DNA from: an uncultured Acidobacteriota bacterium
GTDB taxonomy: Bacteria > Acidobacteriota > Polarisedimenticolia > J045
Length of the DNA stretch: 64,000 nt
Direction: 5' to 3'
NCBI GenBank assembly: GCA_963702425.1
Contig: CAVPCQ010000012.1
Coordinates: forward strand, 64,001 to 128,000
The notes beneath the pieces are model-generated. The model had not been told where the DNA came from. It did not search any database and worked only from the letters and a program-made list of their open reading frames with translations. The translations under genes and the position numbers were made by a program. Positions 30,188-39,907 of the stretch are shown here, in pieces. Within the stretch, counting starts at the first letter, position 1. Every line of letters starts with the position of its first letter.

Positions 30188-33100
30188 TCACCAAGGTCCC
30201 TCAGCCCCGCACGCCGCGTTGTATGCCGCGACCTGGTAATACCACACATCTCCGACGTCGCCGGTCTGATCCACGTACTGCAAGCCCGCTGTGCCCGCGT
30301 CCACGTCTCCGACGTTCGACCCGATCAGGGTCCACGGTCCCGTCGGTGCGGAGGCGCGGTAGACGTTGTACCCGGTCACCGCCGCAGGCTGGTTCGGGTC
30401 CTGATAGGTGAGGACCGGCTTTCCGCCGATCAGGTTCACCCGCGAGATGTACAACTCCACGTCGGGATTCGTGCACGGCCCGCCCGACACGTTGATCAGG
30501 TCGGCCTCGCGCAGTCCGTTGCCGCTCATCGTGAACCACGGACTCCAGGGCACGAAGGGCGAGTTCACGGGGCTGTAGCGCACGCGTGCGCGCCAGACGT
30601 AAGGCTGGCGGTATGCGTTGAGGCTCACCGGCAGCTTGCGCGCGACGGGGGTGTCGTACCAGGTCGAATCGCTCTGGATCGGGGTCAGGTTGACCGAGAA
30701 ACCGTTGCCCCGCGGTGCGACCTGCCACTGCAGTTGGCGCCGCACGCGCCCCGCCGGGCTCTGGAGCGTCAGGCCGACAGCGAACTGCTGCCCGGACGCC
30801 GCCCCGCCGAGACTGATCGGAGTGGACAGATTGGCGCGCAACTGACGCGGCACGACGGCCACGCCGCCGAGCTCCGCTCCACCGAGGTACACGTACGCCT
30901 TCCCAGTGGTGTTGTCGTAGCGGTACGCCCCGATGACGACGTCCGCGTAGCCGTCGCCGTTGACGTCGCCCGCCGGCGCCACGGACGCGCCGAAGCGCTG
31001 GTTCGTACCCTCCCCGACCGCGGCCCACGACGGAACGGCCGACAGGCCGCTCGCCCCGCCGAGGTACAGGTGCGCCTTGCCCGTGCCACTCACGTTGCCA
31101 TACGCCCCGATGACGACATCCGAATAGCCGTCGCCGTTGACGTCGCCCGCGGACGCCAAAGAGTAGCCGAAGGCGTCGCTCGAAGCCTCCCCGGCCGCGG
31201 TCCACGAGGCGGACGCCGGCAGCCCGCTCGGCCCGCCGAGGTACAGGAACGCCTTGCCCGACCCGCGGCCGTCGGCCCCGATGAGGACATCCGAATAGCC
31301 GTCGCCGTTGACGTCCCCTGCGTTCGCCACAGAACGGGCGAAGGTGGTAGACGGAAGCTCCCCCGTCGCGGTCCACGACGGAGTTGCCGACAGGCCGCCC
31401 GCCAGGCCCAGGTACAGGTAGGCCCTGCCGTTGGCCACCGGGAACTCGGACTCCTCACCGGGGTACGCGTCGGCCCCGATCACGACGTCCGCATAGCCGT
31501 CCCCGTTGACGTCTCCTGCGCTTGCGACGGACCAGCCGAACTCGTCACTGAGCTGCTCCCCGAACCCGGACCACGCGGGTGTTGCGGACAGGCCACTCGC
31601 CCCGCCCAGGTACACGTCGGCCTTGCCCCGGTGAAGGGAGTACGCCATCGCCCCAACGACGAGGTCCGAGTAGCCATCCCCGTTGACGTCCCCAGCGCTC
31701 GCCACGGACCAGCCAAAACCGTCGCCGACACTCCCTGACTGGGTCCACGACGGGGTGGCACGCAGGCCGCTTGCCCCGCCCAGGTACACGTACACCTTCC
31801 CCCTGTCCAAGTAGCCGTACGCCCCGACGACGAGGTCCGAGTAGCCGTCCCCGTTGACGTCCCCCGCGGTCGCCGCGGACTCGCCGAAATTGTTGTTGGC
31901 AGCCTCCCCCAGCGCGGTCCACGACGCCGTGGTGGCCAGGCCGCTCGCCCCGCCCAGGTAGACGTACACCTTGCCCCTGGTCGTGGAGTAGCGGTACGCC
32001 CCGACGACGACGTCGGAGAAGCCGTCGCCGTTGACGTCTCCCGCCGACGCCACGCAGTAGCCGAAGGCGTTGCCCACAGCTTCGCCCCCCGCAGTCCACG
32101 ACGTGGCGGCCGACAGACCGCTCGCCCCGCCCAGGTACAGGAACGCGTTGCCCGTCTGACCGGTGGCGCCGTACGCCCCGACCAGGACATCCGAAAAGCC
32201 GTCGCCGTTGACGTCGCCCGCTGTTGCCGCGGAAGAGCCGAAGTAGTTGGTCGTTCCCTGCCCCACCACGGTCCATGACGCGGCCGCCGACAGGCCGCTC
32301 GCCCCGCCCAGGTACAGATACGTCTTGCCCGTGGAACCGGCGTTGCCGTCCGCCCCGATCACGACGTCCGAACGGCCGTCCCCGTTGACGTCCCCCGCCG
32401 ACGCCACGCTGGAGCCGAAGTCGTCGGACACACCCTCCCCAACCGCCGTCCACGACGCGGTGGCCGACAGGCCGCTCGCCCCGCCCTGGTACAGGTAGGC
32501 TTTGCCCGTGGAACTGGCGTTACCGTACGCCCCGATTACGACATCCGTATAGCCGTCCCCGTTGACGTCCCCCGCCGTCGCCACGCTCGAGCCGAAGGAG
32601 TCCGACACGCCCTCCCCGGCCGCGGTCCACGATGCGGCGGCCGACAGGCCGCTCGCTCCGCCCAGGTACACGTAGGCTTTGCCCGTGGAACCGTTGTTAC
32701 CGCGCGCCCCGATCACGACGTCCGAGTAGCTGTCCCCGTTGACGTTCCCCGCCGTCGCCACGCTCGAGCCGAAGGAGTCGGACACACCCTCCCCCACCGC
32801 GGTCCACGACGCGGTGGCCGACAGACCGCTCGCCTGGCCCAGATACAGGTACGCCTTGCCGGTGGCGCCGGGAGCCTGTTGGGATGCCCCGACGAGGACG
32901 TCCGCGTAGCCGTCCCCATTGACGTCTCCGGCAGTCGCCACAGACCCACCGAAGCGGCTGTCCGGAGCCTCTCCTGCGGCGGTCCACGAGGCGGCGGCTG
33001 TCAGCCCGCTCGCGCCGCCCAGGTACAGGTACGCCTTGCCCGTGGAGGCGCCGCGGTCCGCCCCGATCGCGACATCCGCATAGCCGTCTCCGTTGACGTC

Positions 33101-34063
33101 CCCCGCCGTCGCCACGGAGTGGGCGAACCAGCTGTCCGGACCCTCTCCCACCGCGGTCCACGACGGAGTGGCCGACAGGCCGCTCGACCCTCCCAGGTAC
33201 AGGTACGCCTTGCCCGTGAAACCGGCGTAGCCGTAGGCCCCGACGACGACGTCCGAATGGCCGTCCCCGTTGACGTCCCCCGCAGTCGCCACGGACGCGC
33301 CGAAACGGTCGTCCGGAGCCTCCCCCACTACAGTCCACGACGCGCTCGTGGCCAGCGGGTCGACGGTGAGCGGGTAGGTCGCGTCCGCATCGTCGACGAC
33401 GATCCGGACTCCGCCGGCGATCGGTTCGAACCGTGCCGGGATGGCGCTGCCGGAGGCATCGGCTACGCTGAGCTTGGCGTAGCGCAGCACGCTGACGTTG
33501 CCGCTCGAGTAGAAGTCGATCGCCTGACCGTCCTCGGTGAAGATCGGCCGCAGCCCGCCCGCCAGCGCCAGGTCCAACACCAACCGGTCGCCTGCCGTTC
33601 GGGGGCGAACGGGAATCGTGAACCCGTGCTCGAGCCCCTGGGGCGTGTTGACGAACCACTCAGTCAGCCGTCCGCGATCGAGTTCGACCCGGTCCTCCTC
33701 CGCGCGCAAGCCCGTGAAACCGACGGCTTCCAGGCCGTCCGATCGGCCCCAACCCGTCAGCGACAGGCCCCACTCCCAACCCGCTCCGTCCTGCGGTGTG
33801 AGCTGCACTCCACGGGCATCGAACCGGGCCTCGAAGCGGTGCGCCGGGTTGGCCGCCCGAAACGCGGCTCCCCCCGTGCCTTCGCCCACGATGCCGTATT
33901 CCTCGAGCTGGACCGAACGCTGGACCTGGCTCCACCAGTCGGCCGAAATGCCGGGAGGCAGGTTGGGCCCCGCGCCGGAGTCGGACCCCAGGGCCGGCAC
34001 TACGACGAGCAGAGCCACGAAGGCGGCGATCGGGATCCAACGCACTGCGGAACAGGTCGACAT
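30188..34063 (-). CDS. Secreted FG-GAP/integrin-alpha repeat protein (14 repeats) with C-terminal FN3-like domain
   Basis: Signal peptide; 14x AG(D/N)VNGD(G/S)xxDxxxGA, ~59-aa period; tail GYNVYRA...YYQVAAYN. Confidence 0.92.
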   Translation of the reverse strand: MSTCSAVRWIPIAAFVALLVVVPALGSDSGAGPNLPPGISADWWSQVQRSVQLEEYGIVGEGTGGAAFRAANPAHRFEARFDARGVQLTPQDGAGWEWGLSLTGWGRSDGLEAVGFTGLRAEEDRVELDRGRLTEWFVNTPQGLEHGFTIPVRPRTAGDRLVLDLALAGGLRPIFTEDGQAIDFYSSGNVSVLRYAKLSVADASGSAIPARFEPIAGGVRIVVDDADATYPLTVDPLATSASWTVVGEAPDDRFGASVATAGDVNGDGHSDVVVGAYGYAGFTGKAYLYLGGSSGLSATPSWTAVGEGPDSWFAHSVATAGDVNGDGYADVAIGADRGASTGKAYLYLGGASGLTAAASWTAAGEAPDSRFGGSVATAGDVNGDGYADVLVGASQQAPGATGKAYLYLGQASGLSATASWTAVGEGVSDSFGSSVATAGNVNGDSYSDVVIGARGNNGSTGKAYVYLGGASGLSAAASWTAAGEGVSDSFGSSVATAGDVNGDGYTDVVIGAYGNASSTGKAYLYQGGASGLSATASWTAVGEGVSDDFGSSVASAGDVNGDGRSDVVIGADGNAGSTGKTYLYLGGASGLSAAASWTVVGQGTTNYFGSSAATAGDVNGDGFSDVLVGAYGATGQTGNAFLYLGGASGLSAATSWTAGGEAVGNAFGYCVASAGDVNGDGFSDVVVGAYRYSTTRGKVYVYLGGASGLATTASWTALGEAANNNFGESAATAGDVNGDGYSDLVVGAYGYLDRGKVYVYLGGASGLRATPSWTQSGSVGDGFGWSVASAGDVNGDGYSDLVVGAMAYSLHRGKADVYLGGASGLSATPAWSGFGEQLSDEFGWSVASAGDVNGDGYADVVIGADAYPGEESEFPVANGRAYLYLGLAGGLSATPSWTATGELPSTTFARSVANAGDVNGDGYSDVLIGADGRGSGKAFLYLGGPSGLPASASWTAAGEASSDAFGYSLASAGDVNGDGYSDVVIGAYGNVSGTGKAHLYLGGASGLSAVPSWAAVGEGTNQRFGASVAPAGDVNGDGYADVVIGAYRYDNTTGKAYVYLGGAELGGVAVVPRQLRANLSTPISLGGAASGQQFAVGLTLQSPAGRVRRQLQWQVAPRGNGFSVNLTPIQSDSTWYDTPVARKLPVSLNAYRQPYVWRARVRYSPVNSPFVPWSPWFTMSGNGLREADLINVSGGPCTNPDVELYISRVNLIGGKPVLTYQDPNQPAAVTGYNVYRASAPTGPWTLIGSNVGDVDAGTAGLQYVDQTGDVGDVWYYQVAAYNAACGAEGPW

Positions 34064-34239
34064 GGCGGCGCACCTCCTTGCGTTGACGCGATGGAGCGTT
34101 CGATGGCAGATACACGCTCTGCCACGAGGCGGCCGGAGGGACGCGAGGGGGCGCTGCTAGGTGAGCCGTAGCTCCCCTCCCGCCCCCGCGCGGCGGCGGG
34201 AGCTTATTGGGTCGGAGGCTGACGGTCAAGCCCAAATAC

Positions 34240-34261
34240 TGAACCGCCCCGGGTTTTGCGG
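34240..34261. mobile_element. Solo IS3-family (IS51/IS6110-like) terminal inverted repeat
   Basis: TGAACCGCCCCGGGTTTTGCGG; no partner end or transposase seen. Confidence 0.6.
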
Positions 34262-34544
34262 CGTCAAGGCTGATCGAGGGCCGACCTCACAGACGGTTGA
34301 AGACCGGGCGACCGAGGACCACGCCACTCGACGCGGCTATGCCTTAACCACGACATCGTCCGCGCTGCCCTTCAAAGAGTTGCGTTTCCGTGTTAGGACA
34401 TCCGGTGGTCCGCGGACGAGTCCGGTTGCCCGCGGACCCTACCGCCATCATCGCGTGGTTGTTCAACCGCCTCCTGGCAGCGTCCGGGCTCTCATCGCGA
34501 TGTTGCCGGCCACGCCGACCTCCTGATCGAGAACCTCGCGCTTC

Positions 34545-34935
34545 GCCAGCAGCTCTTTCGGTCTCTCTCCGCCCTTCCAAGGCTTATCCCAGCAACGACT
34601 TATCATGCTCCGCGCATTCGTCGAGGCGGAGATCTCCCGGGAGGCTTCCATGGCGTCGGGCGGCGGCGATTGCGAGTGCCCGCTGCCCGCACACTGCCAC
34701 ACGACCACGGCCACCATCGCCTCATGGCTGGCACGGTTCGACGACGAAGGCCTTCTCGCGCTCGTCCAGACACCCGAACCTGTCAACAAGTCCCCCGCTC
34801 TCGTCGCGTACCTTGTCCGGCGTTCCGGGGCCGCCGCGCGGCGACGCTTCGGTCCGCCGAAAGCACTCCGCGGCCGTGGATGAGACCTCGAAGACGCCCA
34901 CTCGCCGCGACTCAAGCTGGCTGGCGCCCTACACC
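34545..34935 (+). mobile_element. Degenerate DDE transposase element, copy 2 (preceded by an LLIENLALRQQL integrase-type fragment at ~34520)
   Basis: TIASWLARFDDEGLLALVQTPEPVNKS..VAYLVRR; shares blocks with copies 1 and 3. Confidence 0.7.
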
Positions 34936-35055
34936 CGCTCGCGGCACGTGTAGGAGGACGCTCCACCCGGCGAGACGGCGGCGGCGGGCCGCCACTGCAC
35001 GACCCGCCGCGCCGTTTCACCTTTCGACGCCGACCGTCTACCGGACGTTCTCGGA

Positions 35056-36735
35056 CTAGCGCGTCTCGCTCGGACCCCCGGCGCGCCGGGTACCCAACTT
35101 GAACACGCCGTTGAAGACGCCCGACTGGTGCTTCTTGGTCAGTTCGCTCCGCAGGTCCTGCGCGCGCGCCAGCCCGCCCGAGCGCTTGAACTCACAGGAG
35201 CCGTATTCGCTCGCATCGCCGACGGTCTCGTAGGCGACACGCATCGTACGGCAATTGTCACCGTTTCCGTCCTTGCAGTCGGAGCCCGCTTCGGCGCCGT
35301 CCGCCTTGCCGGCGGCCGCGTCAGGATTGCGGCAGACGAGGATGTAGTTGAGGTCGACGATCCAGCCCTCAAGAAATCCGTCGGGGTCGACGCCCTGGCC
35401 GGCGACGATCCTGCCGTTCGAGCTGATCGCGTTGATCGAGCTGAGGTACCAGAAATACAGCTCGTCGAGCCCCTGACCGATGAGGAACAGCTGGAAGTCG
35501 ATCGTGCCGACGTCCTTGTTCCACATGAACGGCACGAGCCCGGTGAAGAAATCGCCGATCCTCCCGGCGACGACGTAGCTGTTGTCGCTGATCACGAACG
35601 GATTGACGAGGTAGGGGAAGTCCGGGAACGTCGGGATCCGGTCGAAGCTGCCGTCCGGGTTCGCCCGGTAGCCGTCCTCCCACCCCGAGCCGTAGTCGAA
35701 GTTCCGGCCGACCGCGTACTTGCCGTCGGGGGTTGCGTCGAACGCCTCACCCTTCCAGAGCTCGTCCTTCCAGGCGGGGTTGGCCACGCAGACCGGAGTG
35801 TCGGGGCAGAAGTAGTCAGACGTGCAGCGCGAGCCTTCGTTCGGTCCGCCGAGACACGTGCCGCCGCACTGCGAGCTGCTGGTGCATCTCTTGCCCGAAT
35901 CGAAGCCGCCGACGCAGACGCCGGCCGTGCAGGTCCCCTTGCTCGAGGCCGGGCACGAGCCGTCGTCCACGTACTCGGGGCAACCGTATTTCGGGTCGGC
36001 CGAGTCCGCCGTGCAGCCCTTGGGGGTCTGAACGCAGACCTTGGCCTCGAGGCCGTTCGGGTCGCCAAAGAAGGTCCAGGTGCCGGTCTCCTTCTCCCAG
36101 CGCGCGCCACGCCGCGGGCCCCCCAGCGAAGTACCCCAGCCGATCACGGCCTTGCCGTCGCAGGTGACGGCGTTCCCACGGGTGCTGCCGCCGTTGGGGG
36201 AGCCGAGGTCGATGGTGGTGTTCGTCGCCTTGTCCCAGAGGAAGCCCCGGGCGACTCTGCACCCCGACCAGGTCAGCCCGGTGGCGTAGTCGCCGTTGCC
36301 GCCCATGTCAAAGAAGGACAAGCGGCTGGAGTCACATGGTGCATAGCCGGGTTGGGGCGGAAGCGGGGAGAACATGTCCGGCGCGTCGAGCCAGGTGCCG
36401 GCCCAGATGTAGGCCGGGTCCGACCCCGGGTAGATCCCGTTCGTCATGACCGTGCCGTCCCCTGAGATCCGGATGGGGGGCTGGATGCTGCCAATCTGCG
36501 GCCCCCACCCGCCCTTGCGCGTCCACAGGATCCCGTAGCTGGCAGAGAAGGACGGGGTCGCCACGAAGACGGTGCCCTGCGGGTTCATCGCCAGGATGTT
36601 CGACGCGGGGAACGGGCCCGGGGGATTGATGAAGCCGATCGGGGTGAAGGTGACTCCGCGGCTCTGTGCGAATGCGGAGGTGGTGAGGAGGACGGCCACG
36701 ACCGCCACTCCCAGCACTGTGAGACACTTTCTCAT
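35056..36735 (-). CDS. Secreted HAF-repeat-like beta-propeller protein with Cys-rich insert
   Basis: RBS AGAGGAGG before ATG 36735; signal peptide MRKCLTVLGVAVVAVLLTTSAFAQ; IDLG..AVTCDGKAVIG and AISSNGRIVAG repeats; CVGGFDSGKRC..CGGTCLGGPNEGSRC. Confidence 0.75.
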   Translation of the reverse strand: MRKCLTVLGVAVVAVLLTTSAFAQSRGVTFTPIGFINPPGPFPASNILAMNPQGTVFVATPSFSASYGILWTRKGGWGPQIGSIQPPIRISGDGTVMTNGIYPGSDPAYIWAGTWLDAPDMFSPLPPQPGYAPCDSSRLSFFDMGGNGDYATGLTWSGCRVARGFLWDKATNTTIDLGSPNGGSTRGNAVTCDGKAVIGWGTSLGGPRRGARWEKETGTWTFFGDPNGLEAKVCVQTPKGCTADSADPKYGCPEYVDDGSCPASSKGTCTAGVCVGGFDSGKRCTSSSQCGGTCLGGPNEGSRCTSDYFCPDTPVCVANPAWKDELWKGEAFDATPDGKYAVGRNFDYGSGWEDGYRANPDGSFDRIPTFPDFPYLVNPFVISDNSYVVAGRIGDFFTGLVPFMWNKDVGTIDFQLFLIGQGLDELYFWYLSSINAISSNGRIVAGQGVDPDGFLEGWIVDLNYILVCRNPDAAAGKADGAEAGSDCKDGNGDNCRTMRVAYETVGDASEYGSCEFKRSGGLARAQDLRSELTKKHQSGVFNGVFKLGTRRAGGPSETR

Positions 36736-37033
36736 GGAGCCTCCTCTTGCTGGGAACGACCGCCGGATCATCGCGTGAGATCCGTCGGCGGTGCCTGCTT
36801 GTTTGGAGAGCCGGGAACTGTCTCCCGGACTCCTGCATGGTGCTGGCGGAGAGGATGCCCCGCCCGCGACATCAGTCGATCGATCGTCTCGGCGGATCAG
36901 GAATTTTCCTTTCCCTCGTAACTGCTCCGCATTCTCCGGGGAAGTGGGCGGAATGGTCAAGCGGCCGCAGCGAAGGAGGCTGGAAGCTTCTTGTGCCACA
37001 ACCGGTCAGCCGCACTCATGACGCGCTCGCCCA

Positions 37034-37697
37034 GCCAGCGGCTCTTGGGGGCTACCTCCGCGCTTCCAAGTCCCATTCCTGCAGAGACTTGTTCATGCTA
37101 CAAGCTCCGCCCACTGGTCGAGGAGAAGGTTTCCCATGAGGTTTCCATGGCGTCGGGCGACCGCGATTTCGAGCTCCCGCTGCCCGCACAGTGGCCCCCG
37201 CGGGCCCGCGCCGCGATCGTCCACTCCCTTACCCTCGCGCACGTCGGGCTGCCGGCGGCAGCGGACCGTCTCGGGGAGACGGCCCGGCTGCAGCACGAGT
37301 TCGCTCTGCTCCACGAGGAACTCCGCGTCAAGCACGCTCGCATGGAGCGCTGCCGTCCCATCGCCGTCCCATCGCCGTCCCCACGCTTCCCGTCGGTGGA
37401 TCGTCTCGCGGTCCTCGAGAACCGTGTGGCTCGCGGCTGGTCGTTGAGCCAAACGACTGAGCGATTCCACGTGACCACGACCCCACCGCCTCCTGCGTAG
37501 CGGGTCTCGACGAGGAAGGTTTCTCCACACTCGTCCAGACTCCCGAACCTGTCAACAAGTCCGCAGCTCCCGTCGCGTACCTTGTCCGGCGTTCCGGGGC
37601 CGGCCTTCCGCCGCGGCGATGCAGTCCTTCCTCGCCGGCATGTTCCGAGCCGCTGCCGAGCCGCCCGAGCACCTGATCACGGATCGGGGGAAGCTGA
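37034..37697 (+). mobile_element. Degenerate DDE transposase element, copy 3 (most complete N-terminus)
   Basis: MASGDRDFELPLPAQWPPRARAAIVH..LLHEELRVKHARM..RVARGWSL, LVQTPEPVNK, PEHLITDRG; frameshifted. Confidence 0.75.
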
Positions 37698-37794
37698 CGC
37701 ACCTCGAGCGCCCGGGACGCGCCCAGCCTCCTCTACGGTCAGTCGTCCCACCGCGCCGGGATGGGATCGAATTCGAAGAGCGCGGCGCGCTTCG

Positions 37795-38205
37795 GGTCGT
37801 GCCGCGCCGGGGCCAGTGGCGGGGCTCACGCCGGCAGTCCGAGGCACTCCAGGATCGCTCCTGCTGGGTCGGGAAAAAAGTTCGCGGCGAAAATCCTCAT
37901 GGCGCTGCGGACAGCGCTGGCACTCGAGAACATTCACCGCGAGGACCCGGAGCAGCGACTCGGCCCAGGGATGAGCCCGGCGACGCGGCGCGGCCGACGC
38001 GGATCCCCTCCCGCGCGTGGGGACGGTCGGCGTCACGACCGCCGGCCCTCCGCCGGCCGAGGCCTCCGGCCCTGACCCCTCCGGCGGCCCCGGCACGACC
38101 TGCGCTCCCGATCGCGCTCCCGGGGCCAGCACCCCCGTGTGCCGCACCAGGCGAAACCGCGGGGGCGGCACCAGGGCGGCCAGCCTGGCCGCCAACTCCT
38201 CTGAC
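37795..38205 (-). mobile_element. IS91-family (Y2) transposase C-terminal relic
   Basis: ELAARLAALVPPPRFRLVRHTGVLAP...WAESLLRVLAVNVLECQRC. Confidence 0.75.
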
Positions 38206-38331
38206 CTCGACGGGGAACGCAGCAGCGGTCGAACTCTCGCTGGGACCCCGTTCCGCTGTAACGTATCTTCATCTGCGAGGTGCCATGAAGTCGGGCGGAT
38301 GGAGTTCTGGCGAAGTACATTGGAGATCGAG

Positions 38332-39879
38332 ATGACACCCTGCCCCGCACTCAAGACCGCACTGCTCGCCATCGCCTGCCTGGCTTGCGCCGCTGCGCCC
38401 GCATTCGCGGCCGGAAGCCCCCCGGTACCGTCTACCGGCGGGGCGATGCGTTTGATCAGCGGGGTGGCCCCGGACGGGCACGGCGGCGGGCCGCTGGAAC
38501 CGCCTCGCGATCTCATCACCGACGCGCAGCGCGAAGAGATCCGCCGGAAGATCGACGAGAACCTCGAGCTCCTGCGCCGCGAGGGCCGACTTGTGACGGC
38601 GGCGCTCGACGCGCCTCCGCAACTCGGCTGGCCGTTGCGCATCGCGGCGGGGCTGAGTGACCCGGGGCATCACGGGATCTCGAACCTCCTCGACCAGGAC
38701 GCGCGGTATCCGGACTTCGTCCTGGACTACAACTGCGGCGCGCGCAGCTATGACACCAGCGACGGGTACAACCACCAAGGAACCGACATCTACACCTGGC
38801 CGTGGTGGTGGTGGAAGATGGACCACAACGAGGTCGAGGTCGTCGCGGCGGCGCCAGGGCAGATCATTAACCGGTCCGACGGCAACTTCGATCGCAGTTG
38901 CTCGTTTAATAGCAACCCGTGGAACGCGGTCTACGTGCGCCACGGCGATGGGTCGATCGCCTGGTACGGTCACATGAAGAACGGCTCGCTCACCAAGAAG
39001 CAGGTCGGCGACAGCGTTGCGGAGGGGGAGTTTCTCGGTGTCGTCGGCAGTTCCGGCAACTCAACCGGTCCCCACCTGCACTTCGAGGTCCACGACTCGG
39101 CGGGCCGCCTCATCGATCCCTGGCAAGGGACGTGCAACTCGCTGAACGCCGACTCCTGGTGGAGGACCCAGCGCGGGTACTACGACTCGGCGGTCAACCG
39201 CGTTTCGACCGGCGCGTTGCCGCCGATTTTCCCCAGTTGCTCGCAGCCGGAGAGCCCGAACGGACGGGTGACGTTCAGTGTCGGGCCGCTCGTCTACTTC
39301 ACGACCTACTACCGCGATCAGCTCATCAGCCAGACCAGCCGCTACACGATCTACCGCCCCAATGGATCGATCTACTCGCAGTGGAGTCACAACAGCGACT
39401 CGGCGTGGTACAGCTCGTCGTGGTGGTACTGGTCGTTCAACATTCCGTCCGCTGAGGCACAGGGGACGTGGCGCTTCACCGTCGAGTACCTCTCGAGGAC
39501 GTACGAACGACAGTTCACGATCGGCAGCCCCGCAGCGTGCGGGAGCGTTCCCCAGTATGCAGTCCAGGGTGAGCAGCTCCGGGTGCGGAAGTCCGGTTCG
39601 CAGGTGCGTCTGAACTGGGGAGCGTCCTGCAATCCGCAAGACACCGACTATGTGGTCTACGAGGGCGTCCTCGGCAACTTCTCGAGCCACACCCCGGTGC
39701 TGTGCACCACGAGCGGTGCACGCGAGGTCACGATGACGCCGGCGGTGGGCGGAAGGTACTACCTTGTCGGACCGCGCAACGCCTCGCGGGAGGGATCGCT
39801 CGGCGTGAGCAGCAGCGGTGCCGAGCGGCCCGCCGGGGTGTCGTCGTGCCTGCCGCGGCTCGCGCTGCAGTGTCCCTGA
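38332..39879 (+). CDS. Secreted M23-family metallopeptidase with C-terminal beta-sandwich domains
   Basis: Signal peptide, HQGTD (HxxxD), VVAAAPG, YGHM, GSSGNSTGPHLHFEV; ATG at 38332 after GGAG. Confidence 0.9.
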   Translation: MTPCPALKTALLAIACLACAAAPAFAAGSPPVPSTGGAMRLISGVAPDGHGGGPLEPPRDLITDAQREEIRRKIDENLELLRREGRLVTAALDAPPQLGWPLRIAAGLSDPGHHGISNLLDQDARYPDFVLDYNCGARSYDTSDGYNHQGTDIYTWPWWWWKMDHNEVEVVAAAPGQIINRSDGNFDRSCSFNSNPWNAVYVRHGDGSIAWYGHMKNGSLTKKQVGDSVAEGEFLGVVGSSGNSTGPHLHFEVHDSAGRLIDPWQGTCNSLNADSWWRTQRGYYDSAVNRVSTGALPPIFPSCSQPESPNGRVTFSVGPLVYFTTYYRDQLISQTSRYTIYRPNGSIYSQWSHNSDSAWYSSSWWYWSFNIPSAEAQGTWRFTVEYLSRTYERQFTIGSPAACGSVPQYAVQGEQLRVRKSGSQVRLNWGASCNPQDTDYVVYEGVLGNFSSHTPVLCTTSGAREVTMTPAVGGRYYLVGPRNASREGSLGVSSSGAERPAGVSSCLPRLALQCP

Positions 39880-39907
39880 GGATCCGCTAGGACTACTCAG
39901 ACTCTAG

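Noticed and set aside
30900-33330. Regular ~177-bp repeats suggesting CRISPR or DGR
   Set aside because: In-frame FG-GAP protein repeats; no cas genes, spacers or reverse transcriptase
36975-37000. TGGCAC on the minus strand as a sigma-54 promoter
   Set aside because: GG-to-GC spacing does not fit -24/-12
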